IMG/VR virus record: IMGVR_UViG_3300011116_000547
Location: 1-59,636 of that record
Length of the DNA stretch: 59,636 nt
Direction: 5' to 3' (one strand)
Origin: a virus
Taxonomy: Duplodnaviria > Caudoviricetes
Each line of letters opens with the position of its first letter. Position 1 is the stretch's first letter. Below the pieces are notes generated by a model, which had not been told where the DNA came from, made no database searches, and was given only the letters and a program-made list of their open reading frames with translations. The translations under genes were made by a program, and so were the position numbers. Below are positions 8,175 to 15,327 of this stretch, one piece after another.

Positions 8175-8722
8175 TTCACTAATATCTTCTCTTTCTTTGG
8201 GGGTCGTTGGGGTTTTCCTAATCTAATATCTTTTTGTTTTTGCACAACATCAGATTTTAGTTCTTCAACCTCAACACCTTCAAGGATCGGTGAATATTGA
8301 TCCAATACCTCTGCAATTCTTTTATCTAATTCCTCTTCAGATAAGTCATCTAACTTACCAGTCCTAATAATCTTTTGTTCAACATATAATCCAGCTACTT
8401 TTCCTCTGGCTACTTCAGCATTGACAGCAGCGCTCCAGGCTTTGTTTTTTAAAGCTTCATTTTTGATTTTACCTAGTTCTGTAATATGACTTTCAAAAGT
8501 AACATCATATTTCTTTTGATTTTCTGCTCTTAACTCTCCAATATATTGAACAACTAAAGGATACATTTTTGGATTTTGTAATTTGCTAGCAGCATTTTTA
8601 GCTGTATCAGGCGAATAGCCTGCAGCAATAGCCGCTTCCGTTCCAGTCATTCTTCCCTCATTGGTTACTAGTTCATGAGCGAATTTTATCTGCATTTCTG
8701 TAAGTCTTTTTGACAATCCCAT
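8108..8722 (-). CDS. terS: Terminase small subunit
   Basis: LTEMQIKFAHEL..TGTEAAIAAGYS..AASKL HTH, AVNAEVARGKVAGLY, DDLSEEELDKRI; start MGLSKRL at 8722. Confidence 0.8.
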   Translation of the reverse strand: MGLSKRLTEMQIKFAHELVTNEGRMTGTEAAIAAGYSPDTAKNAASKLQNPKMYPLVVQYIGELRAENQKKYDVTFESHITELGKIKNEALKNKAWSAAVNAEVARGKVAGLYVEQKIIRTGKLDDLSEEELDKRIAEVLDQYSPILEGVEVEELKSDVVQKQKDIRLGKPQRPPKKEKILVNYSSSSSSDQSESSESESESQS

Positions 8723-8726
8723 ACAC

Positions 8727-8760
8727 TTGATCTTATAGGTTAACTTTGGTATAAATGCAA
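8727..8760. promoter_or_regulatory. Overlapping divergent promoters
   Basis: Plus strand TTGATC-17-TATAAA; minus strand TTGCAT-17-TATAAG. Confidence 0.45.
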
Positions 8761-8786
8761 TAATCATTCATCTCCAAATAAATGAT

Positions 8787-8844
8787 CCTGGGGTTGGCTT
8801 ACGAAGATGAACCTTGTAAAGTTAATCGGATACTGAGCCCCAGG
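8787..8844 (+). ncRNA. Candidate structured 5' leader element
   Basis: CCTGGGG (8787-8793) pairs with CCCCAGG (8838-8844), GC-rich in an AT-rich intergenic region. Confidence 0.4.
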
Positions 8845-8860
8845 TTAAAAAGGAATAGAA

Positions 8861-9088
8861 ATGCAAGGAAGATATTTAAGGCAGATTATAAATAAATTCA
8901 TGGTAGAATCTGAAGTTGCTAACAATGCAAGAGTTCAAGTTTATATGCCAAATGGAGAAACTTTTGATGTATCCGGTATTCAATTAATGGAAAATAAAAT
9001 CATTGGTGTAAGAGAATCACATAGATTAATCATTACAGTTGAGCCTACAAAATGGGGTATGGGTAAGATGATTAAGCGTATTTCATAA
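8861..9088 (+). CDS. Hypothetical protein
   Basis: AAGGA RBS. Confidence 0.7.
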   Translation: MQGRYLRQIINKFMVESEVANNARVQVYMPNGETFDVSGIQLMENKIIGVRESHRLIITVEPTKWGMGKMIKRIS

Positions 9089-9112
9089 TGTAATGGTTAA
9101 CTTGAATTTGAA

Positions 9113-9475
9113 GTGAAACCAGAGTCTAAATTTTGGCAAGAAGTTAAAAAAAATATTACAGAAATTTCTTTTACAAGGCTTGAATCTTGGGCCTCGGCTG
9201 GTGTTCCAGATCTCTTGTGCTATAACAAATCCGGTAAATTTTTCACAATTGAATTAAAGGTAACCAAAGGTGATTTTCCAAGGTTCTCTCCTCATCAAAT
9301 TAGCTTCCATGTAAGACATCCCAATAATACTTTCATCTTGCAAAAGGCCCTCGGTCCTTTGTCCATAAAACTTTATGAAGGATCACAGATCATGAAGCTT
9401 GTGAACCATGAGCCTTGTGCCTTTGTTGCAGAAGGATGGACCAAGGTTCAAGAACATCTTGTCAATGTGACATAA
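9113..9475 (+). CDS. VRR-NUC/Holliday junction resolvase-like PD-(D/E)XK nuclease
   Basis: PESKFW..RLES..GVPDLL..IELK..SPHQ. Confidence 0.8.
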   Translation: MKPESKFWQEVKKNITEISFTRLESWASAGVPDLLCYNKSGKFFTIELKVTKGDFPRFSPHQISFHVRHPNNTFILQKALGPLSIKLYEGSQIMKLVNHEPCAFVAEGWTKVQEHLVNVT

Positions 9476-9515
9476 TGTCGCACCCCAACTAAAAACCTGT
9501 GGGCGGGTCCCACCC
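9461..9515 (+). repeat. Composite element copy A: TGTGACATAATGTCGCA palindrome plus CTAAAAACCTGTGGGCGGGTCCCACCC
   Basis: Near-identical to 10808-10861. Confidence 0.85.
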
Positions 9516-9519
9516 ACGT

Positions 9520-9652
9520 TTGCTTGCGGCTTGTGCCTGCTGCTTGTTGGTACTTGTCACTTGTTCCTTGGCTCAAGGCAATAAAAAACTTGCGGGCGGG
9601 AATCCCTCCCGCTTGTGAGCTTGTGAGCTTGTGGCTTGTGCCTGCTGCTTGT
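9520..9652 (+). repeat. Strand-biased (G)CTTGT short-repeat tract
   Basis: Many CTTG units; 20-mer GGCTTGTGCCTGCTGCTTGT at 9528-9547 and 9633-9652. Confidence 0.8.
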
Positions 9653-9716
9653 GGGTACGGCCCGACCCCGAGTCTCCCCGGGTAGACACTCTAATGAGAA
9701 ATGATATCGGGCCATG

Positions 9717-10322
9717 TTAATGTTTACCGTATGCAATGTTTTTAACATTACGATCCCAACAAGCCCGGCAACTTTTGCACTTGTTATCTTGCTCAGCGGC
9801 CGGGCATGTTTTTTCTGACGTAACAACGGTAGACGTCCAGGGCCAAAATGTTGCGGCCTTGCCGTCTACTTTATGGGCAGAAAACCTTATAATTAAATTT
9901 GATGGTACTTGATCCGGTGTTATACAACCAATAATTGAAGCTTCTCTTGTGGGTAACCAATGCTTAATATTCGGCGTTAGTTTACACACTTCAAAAATTT
10001 TCTTTAAATGATCTAATGACTGTAAATCTCCGGAATCGTGCCATCTAAAAAACTCTGTTTTTGTTTCTAGTATGCTTGTTGCCATGGCCTGGACCCATAG
10101 AGGATGGGTTAAAGAATCTAATCTACGTTGCATTGCATCTTTTACGTTTGGAAAACGGTACCTGCCTTTTAAAGCATAACAACCAAAGCAAACGGACCCT
10201 GGAATCTTAACAAGTTTACTACCTGTAATACATTTTGTGGCCGGTAAGTTATAACTATAACCAGGCATTTTGGAGGGCTTACTGAGCCCTCCAGTTATTA
10301 ATTTTAATTGATGCTTATCCAT
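9717..10322 (-). CDS. GP88-like (radical-SAM-related) Cys-rich protein
   Basis: LSKPSKMPG..C..VCFGCYA..FRWHDSGD..CPA..C..CRACW. Confidence 0.72.
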   Translation of the reverse strand: MDKHQLKLITGGLSKPSKMPGYSYNLPATKCITGSKLVKIPGSVCFGCYALKGRYRFPNVKDAMQRRLDSLTHPLWVQAMATSILETKTEFFRWHDSGDLQSLDHLKKIFEVCKLTPNIKHWLPTREASIIGCITPDQVPSNLIIRFSAHKVDGKAATFWPWTSTVVTSEKTCPAAEQDNKCKSCRACWDRNVKNIAYGKH

Positions 10323-10492
10323 TACCTTTTAATTTTTTTCTTTATTGGAGCCTGGGCCCTGAAATTTGAATCAAAGCTGTTTAATCTTGCAGGCGTTAAC
10401 TCATACATATGAAACCCTGGCTCAGTTTTAATTTTCTTAAAACCTAAGTCTTCTAATTGTTTCATGCCGTTATTATTAACTCTAACTTTCAT
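10322..10492 (-). CDS. Hypothetical protein (56 aa)
   Basis: GGAGG RBS; MKVRVNNNGMKQLEDLGFKK...KIKR*; TAATG coupling to GP88-like gene. Confidence 0.65.
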   Translation of the reverse strand: MKVRVNNNGMKQLEDLGFKKIKTEPGFHMYELTPARLNSFDSNFRAQAPIKKKIKR

Positions 10493-10513
10493 GTTTTTTC
10501 CTCCGTTGTTATG

Positions 10514-10722
10514 TATACCCGGACCTCTTTCTCAGTCCGGGTATAGCAAGGACTGATAATACACAGTATTTTAGCCAACGATTAAACGTTGTAACAGGAT
10601 TGCTGTATCACCTTTAACACCGAAACGATCTGGCCGAGTTTACGGCTCTATCTCTTTGCTTTCGCATTCATCGGTTGACTAGGAAGGGATGTGTGATCTA
10701 TTTCGCTAGCACCTTCTGTCAA
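10514..10722 (-). ncRNA. Candidate multi-stem structured RNA (leader or standalone ncRNA)
   Basis: At least six stems, including a GAAA-tetraloop hairpin and an 11-bp perfect hairpin, between a promoter and the first RBS. Confidence 0.6.
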
Positions 10723-10727
10723 TTGAA

Positions 10728-10756
10728 ATACTATCCCATCTAATCCCAGAAAGCAA
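10728..10756 (-). promoter_or_regulatory. Sigma70-type promoter with two TGGGA boxes in spacer
   Basis: Minus strand TTGCTT-17-TAGTAT. Confidence 0.55.
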
Positions 10757-10807
10757 GAATTAAATTTTAATGATTTGCCCCGGTCCTTGATCAACTAATC
10801 TTTATAA

Positions 10808-10945
10808 GTCAATGCGACATAGTGTCGCAGGCTACTAAATACCTGTGGGCGGGCCCCACCCAAGAATAATAAAACACTAAACACCTGTGGGCGGGCCCCA
10901 CCCAAGAATAATAAAACACTAAACACCTGTGGGCGGGCCCCACCC
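10808..10945 (+). repeat. TGCGACATAGTGTCGCA palindrome followed by three tandem 28-bp repeats (42-bp period)
   Basis: ACTAAAYACCTGTGGGCGGGCCCCACCC at 10834, 10876 and 10918 with identical 14-bp linkers. Confidence 0.92.
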
Positions 10946-10969
10946 TAAAAAAAACATAAAAGATTATAG

Positions 10970-10999
10970 TTGACTTAATCTGGGATATTATGTTATACT
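10970..10999 (+). promoter_or_regulatory. Sigma70-type promoter with TGGGA in spacer
   Basis: TTGACT-18-TATACT with extended TG. Confidence 0.65.
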
Positions 11000-11027
11000 T
11001 TCAAAAACTAACAACGAAAGGAATAGT

Positions 11028-11579
11028 ATGTCAAAAGCAATGACTAAATATCAGCTCGACCACTTTAGAGATAAAGTTAAGAGAGAGCTCGACCCTATGA
11101 TTGAACAACAAGAATTACTTGTTCGTCAATATGTATCACAGGCAACCGACACAGCTTCTAAAAAACTTGCCAAAAAAATAGGTGCTCAATCTATTATTGA
11201 TAAGTTAAAACAAGCTGAACAATACCTATTGGAAGCACAGGCAACAGCTAAAACTTTCTTTAAAAAGAAAGCTAACAATGAAAGCTTAAAAGGAAAACTT
11301 GATTACAAGTTTGCTTCTAATGATATTAAAGAGGATAGGATAACAGTTGCTCTTTGTGAGGAACAAATAAGAGAGTGGGCTAGTGAGCTTGCTCAACAAG
11401 AAATAGAAAAAAGACCAGAGGGCAAAAAACTTTCTGAATTGAAACAAGTTAAGAGAGTGGCACTTGATACAATAATGGAAGCACACGCCCCAGCCGAATT
11501 GATTGCTAATCTAGATAAAGTATTACAAGCTAGTATTGGTATCGGCTGGAATAATACAGCACCAAAAATTAGCGCATAA
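11028..11579 (+). CDS. Helical hypothetical protein (probably early)
   Basis: Own promoter and GAAAGGA RBS; 183-aa ORF. Confidence 0.8.
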   Translation: MSKAMTKYQLDHFRDKVKRELDPMIEQQELLVRQYVSQATDTASKKLAKKIGAQSIIDKLKQAEQYLLEAQATAKTFFKKKANNESLKGKLDYKFASNDIKEDRITVALCEEQIREWASELAQQEIEKRPEGKKLSELKQVKRVALDTIMEAHAPAELIANLDKVLQASIGIGWNNTAPKISA

Positions 11580-11581
11580 AT

Positions 11582-11613
11582 AAAAAAGGGAACAGGGCAA
11601 AGGCCCTGTTCCC
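11582..11613 (-). terminator. Intrinsic terminator between convergent genes
   Basis: GGGAACAGGGC-AAAG-GCCCTGTTCCC 11-bp stem with A6 on the left (U-tract on minus strand). Confidence 0.8.
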
Positions 11614-11630
11614 TGTTCCAAGTTTCAATA

Positions 11631-11786
11631 TTATTTTTTTCTACTTTCCCTGTACTTTGTATCGAAATCCTTTTCTTGCCTTTTCTCTACTAGTAAAACA
11701 ATCCAATAGAATAAAACAGCAATCAACAAGGACAACGAAACAAATGTAATAAAGTAATCATAAAGTTCGTTTATTGTTTCAAGCAT
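11631..11786 (-). CDS. Small membrane protein (51 aa)
   Basis: MLETINELYDYFITFVSLSLLIAVLFYWIVLLVEKRQEK...; AAGGT RBS. Confidence 0.6.
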   Translation of the reverse strand: MLETINELYDYFITFVSLSLLIAVLFYWIVLLVEKRQEKDFDTKYRESRKK

Positions 11787-11961
11787 ATATTACCTTTGTT
11801 GTTTCCCTTTCATCGTAAGTTGATATTAAATCGTCTGTTAATGTATCATCACATTTAGTTAAAATAAAAGAACGAGTTTCCCCCTCTTTTATTGTGAAAC
11901 CTTGCTCAACAAATCGTTGAGCAAGATTATCAGTTATATTTATTTCAGTATTATATTCCAT
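11779..11961 (-). CDS. Hypothetical protein
   Basis: Coupled within minus-strand operon. Confidence 0.6.
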   Translation of the reverse strand: MEYNTEINITDNLAQRFVEQGFTIKEGETRSFILTKCDDTLTDDLISTYDERETTKVIYA

Positions 11962-12201
11962 TTAGACAACAGCCTCTATTTGATTAAAGTGTGCCCAACG
12001 AGGACCTTTGTATTCATCCTCGTATGATATTGTCCCAATGTAATCTAGTTCAGTATCATATTCCTTTACTTGGATAGCTGAATCCATTTCAGCTTTTTTG
12101 TCGTGATAGTCTAATGAAATATTAATAGCTTCAATAGTTCCTATTACTACACCCCTATCCCAAGTTCTTATTTTTACTTTATCATCTAACTTTATTTTCA
12201 T
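11962..12201 (-). CDS. Hypothetical protein (SH3/KOW-like beta pattern)
   Basis: IKLDDKVKI..GVVIGTIEAI; AAGGA RBS. Confidence 0.65.
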   Translation of the reverse strand: MKIKLDDKVKIRTWDRGVVIGTIEAINISLDYHDKKAEMDSAIQVKEYDTELDYIGTISYEDEYKGPRWAHFNQIEAVV

Positions 12202-12202
12202 A

Positions 12203-12337
12203 TTATAGTCCTTTATTTTTAGAACACACTCTTAATACATCTTGTTCTATTTTCTTAACTCTCTTTGTTATTAGATAAAGTATATCAAGTATTTGTGTTA
12301 TCTTTTCTTTTTGTGTCATCTTTCTTTTTGTTTCCAT
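12203..12337 (-). CDS. Hypothetical protein (44 aa)
   Basis: METKRKMTQKEKITQILDILY...; preceded by the ACTAACAACGAAAG leader also found before 11028. Confidence 0.55.
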   Translation of the reverse strand: METKRKMTQKEKITQILDILYLITKRVKKIEQDVLRVCSKNKGL

Positions 12338-12477
12338 ATTATTACTTTCGTTGTTAGTGATTATATCTTACTATTTTATAGGATATTATGTATATAGTTA
12401 TCAGCCACAATCTTGCCACAATTCAAAAGATATTTGTATTATAATTCAATAGGATATTCTGTGATATTTTTACCACT

Positions 12478-12538
12478 ACTAAATACCTGTGGGCGGGTCC
12501 CACCCATGGTACTAAATACATGTGGGCGGGTCCCACCC
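12478..12538 (+). repeat. Two further copies of the 28-bp repeat (33-bp period)
   Basis: ACTAAATACCTGTGGGCGGGTCCCACCC at 12478 and ACTAAATACATGTGGGCGGGTCCCACCC at 12511. Confidence 0.92.
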
Positions 12539-12744
12539 TTACCATAGAGGTCCCAATGGGTTTACGATTTACTTTTATTCTAAGGAGGGGGGAGAGGGTA
12601 AATCAATTAAAGGGGTCCCAGACATACCCTTTAGTCTAAGATTTACATAGTTATAGTTAATAAATTCGTTTTGGGTTCCAAATTACCTATGGATTTATGC
12701 CCCCGGGGGTGTTAAAAATATTTTAGGTACCATAATTAAACATT

Positions 12745-14238
12745 ATGCTTGATATAGAAAAATTAAAAAAATTTAGAAATATAAATAAACTTACAGACCC
12801 TAAAGTTAGAAAAAAAGCTAAATTAGATTTATTGATGTCCTTTAAAAAAAATAAGGATAAAACTATTCGTTCTGATTTTTTAACTTTTGTAAAATATATT
12901 TGGCCAGATTTTATTGAAGGATCTCATCATAAAACTATTGCAGATAAATTTAATAGATTAAGATCTGGAGAGCTTACAAGATTAATTATCAATATGCCAC
13001 CAAGGCATACTAAATCAGAATTTGCTTCTTACTTTTTACCTGCATGGATGATTGGAAATAATCCTAAATTAAAAATTATTCAAGCAACTCACACAGCAGA
13101 ACTTGCAGTAAGATTCGGTCGTAAAACAAAAAACTTAATTGACTCAGCTGAATACAGAGAAATATTTAATACAAGATTACAAGAAGATTCAAAAGCAGCT
13201 GGACGTTGGGAAACTGATAAAGGTGGTGAATACTTTGCAGTCGGTGTCCAAGGTGCGGTAACCGGTAGAGGTGCTGATTTACTCATTATCGATGATCCAC
13301 ATTCAGAGCAAGATGCAAATTCTTCAACAGCTTTTGATAAAGCATATGAATGGTACACATCAGGACCACGTCAACGATTGCAACCTGGTGGACGTATTGT
13401 TTTAGTTATGACCAGATGGAGTACAAAAGATTTAACTGCACAATTGATCAAGGCTCAAGGAGCAGAAGAGAAAGCTGATAAATGGGAAGTAGTTGAATTT
13501 CCAGCTATCATGCCAAGTGGTAAACCTTGCTGGCCACAATATTGGAAGTTAGAAGATTTATTTGCAGTCAAAGCTTCAGCTGGTGTTTCTAAATGGAATG
13601 CACAATACATGCAAAATCCAACCTCAGAAGAAGGAGCAATTATCAAACGTGAATGGTGGAAAGATTGGGAAGAAGATTATGTACCTGCAATTGAACATGT
13701 TATTCAATCTTATGATACTGCATTTTTAAAAAAAGAAACTGCGGATTATTCAGCGATAACTACTTGGGGCGTGTTCTATCCAGATCAGGACTCTGGTCCA
13801 AATTTAATACTGCTTGATGCTATAAAAAAACGTGTAGAGTTTCCTGAACTAAGGCGCCTGGCTCACGAACAATATATGTATTGGAAACCTGAAACTGTTT
13901 TAGTTGAGGCTAAAGCTTCAGGATTACCTTTAACTTATGAACTTAGACAAATGGGAATACCAGTTGTTAATTATTCACCATCAAAAGGAAATGATAAACA
14001 TGCACGAGTAAATGCGGTAGCTCCTTTATTTGAATCCGGAAAGATATGGGCTCCTAAATCTAAACAATTTGCACAGGAAGTTATTGAAGAATGTGCTGCA
14101 TTTCCACATGGAGATAATGACGATTTAGTAGATTCTATGACCCAAGCTTTAATGAGATTTAGACAAGGTGGGTTGATTTCTCACCCAGAAGACTATAAAG
14201 ATGAGGTTATCCCAAGAGTAAATAGAACTTACTATTAA
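12745..14238 (+). CDS. terL: Terminase large subunit
   Basis: INMPPRHTKS Walker A, LLIIDD Walker B, MTRW coupling motif, QSYDTA and DDLVDS nuclease motifs. Confidence 0.96.
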   Translation: MLDIEKLKKFRNINKLTDPKVRKKAKLDLLMSFKKNKDKTIRSDFLTFVKYIWPDFIEGSHHKTIADKFNRLRSGELTRLIINMPPRHTKSEFASYFLPAWMIGNNPKLKIIQATHTAELAVRFGRKTKNLIDSAEYREIFNTRLQEDSKAAGRWETDKGGEYFAVGVQGAVTGRGADLLIIDDPHSEQDANSSTAFDKAYEWYTSGPRQRLQPGGRIVLVMTRWSTKDLTAQLIKAQGAEEKADKWEVVEFPAIMPSGKPCWPQYWKLEDLFAVKASAGVSKWNAQYMQNPTSEEGAIIKREWWKDWEEDYVPAIEHVIQSYDTAFLKKETADYSAITTWGVFYPDQDSGPNLILLDAIKKRVEFPELRRLAHEQYMYWKPETVLVEAKASGLPLTYELRQMGIPVVNYSPSKGNDKHARVNAVAPLFESGKIWAPKSKQFAQEVIEECAAFPHGDNDDLVDSMTQALMRFRQGGLISHPEDYKDEVIPRVNRTYY

Positions 14239-14239
14239 T

Positions 14240-15181
14240 ATGATTGAGAAAAAAATTAGTTACGAGATTAACATTGAAAAACCAAGTAAGACAAAACCTG
14301 TTAAACAAGGTGGAGTTTTAAATTATTTAGGAAAACAAAAAACAGTTAATGCTCCAGTTAAATGGAGATCATCACCTAAACATCCTATTGCACATCTTTC
14401 CTATATTACAAAAGATGAAGAAAAAATTTTAATAGATTTAAATTTATATGGTTCACTAAAAGGTAAACCCAACAGAGGTCCATTTGGACTTCCATCATTA
14501 CAAGGATCAGGTGGTGGCGCTGGCGGTGGAGACGGAGGCGGCGGTGGAGACGGAGGCGGCGGTGGAGATTCAGGAGCATCAGATAGTGGACCAGGAGGAT
14601 CAGATGATGGAACTGGACATGGGGGACCAGGACCAGGAGATTCAGGAGTATCAGGACCAGGTGGATCAGAAGGATTCGGCACTGACACTGGACCAGGGCC
14701 AGGAGAAGCAGCAGGAATGGGAGGACCATCAGGACCAGGTGGAACAGAAGGATTTAGTACTGACACTGGACCAGGACCAGGTGAGGCAGTTGGAATGGGT
14801 GAACAATCTGGAATTTCTGCAGCAGTAAATGCTGTGAATCAAGCAGTTCAAAATGCTGTAAATCAAGCAGTTCAAAATGCTGTGAATAATCCTGTTGCAA
14901 CAGCTGTTGGAATTATTGGAGGACCTGTTGCCGGAATGGTCGCAAATGCAATTAGCTCTGCTGTAAGTGCTGCTAACAGAGGAGCAACTGGACCAAGTGA
15001 TGATACTCAAGAAACTTCTTCAGTTCAAACTGGACCAGCAACTAGTACATCTACTGATGGAGGAATAACTACATTACCTCAATATGCACCATTATATAAT
15101 CAAGCAACAGGGGATCCTTTACTAGATTCATTAATTGCAAGATACAGAGCTAATATATCTCCTTCTTCTTTTGGAGTATGA
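14240..15181 (+). CDS. Gly/Pro/Asp-rich low-complexity protein, probably virion-internal
   Basis: N-domain HLSYITKDEEKIL..GPFGLPS; GGGGD and GPGG repeats; AVNQAVQN repeats. Confidence 0.75.
   Translation: MIEKKISYEINIEKPSKTKPVKQGGVLNYLGKQKTVNAPVKWRSSPKHPIAHLSYITKDEEKILIDLNLYGSLKGKPNRGPFGLPSLQGSGGGAGGGDGGGGGDGGGGGDSGASDSGPGGSDDGTGHGGPGPGDSGVSGPGGSEGFGTDTGPGPGEAAGMGGPSGPGGTEGFSTDTGPGPGEAVGMGEQSGISAAVNAVNQAVQNAVNQAVQNAVNNPVATAVGIIGGPVAGMVANAISSAVSAANRGATGPSDDTQETSSVQTGPATSTSTDGGITTLPQYAPLYNQATGDPLLDSLIARYRANISPSSFGV
14505..14890 (+). repeat. Coding tandem repeats (GGCGGTGGAGACGGAGGC; 23-codon SGPGG.EGF.TDTGPGPGEA.GMG duplication; AVNQAVQN)
   Basis: Visible in DNA and translation. Confidence 0.85.
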
Positions 15182-15327
15182 TGAAAAAATTAACAACAAC
15201 TATACCACCTAAATCAGGTCCTAACCCACAGGGCTTGAATGTTACGTATAATAAGGTTAAGATAGTAAGTTCGGAGAAATTAAATGGCAACTATAGACAA
15301 GTCACTTCCAAACGAAGTTACAAATAA
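15178..15327 (+). CDS. Small basic protein with PPKSGPNPQGL motif
   Basis: GGAG RBS, ATGA coupling; overlaps portal start. Confidence 0.6.
   Translation: MMKKLTTTIPPKSGPNPQGLNVTYNKVKIVSSEKLNGNYRQVTSKRSYK

Noticed and set aside
9557-9826. 89-aa minus-strand ORF
   Set aside because: Overlaps the GP88-like gene and runs through a non-coding repeat tract.
10660-10676. Hammerhead ribozyme core (CCGAUGA...GAAA on minus strand)
   Set aside because: Core deviates from CUGAUGA, and the GAAA is a tetraloop rather than a junction strand.
10834-10945. CRISPR array (28-bp hairpin repeats)
   Set aside because: Linkers are only 14 bp and identical, there are only three copies, and no cas genes are present.
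14401-15010. Pro-rich antisense and alternate-frame ORFs
   Set aside because: Shadows of the Gly-codon repeats in 14240-15181; no RBS.
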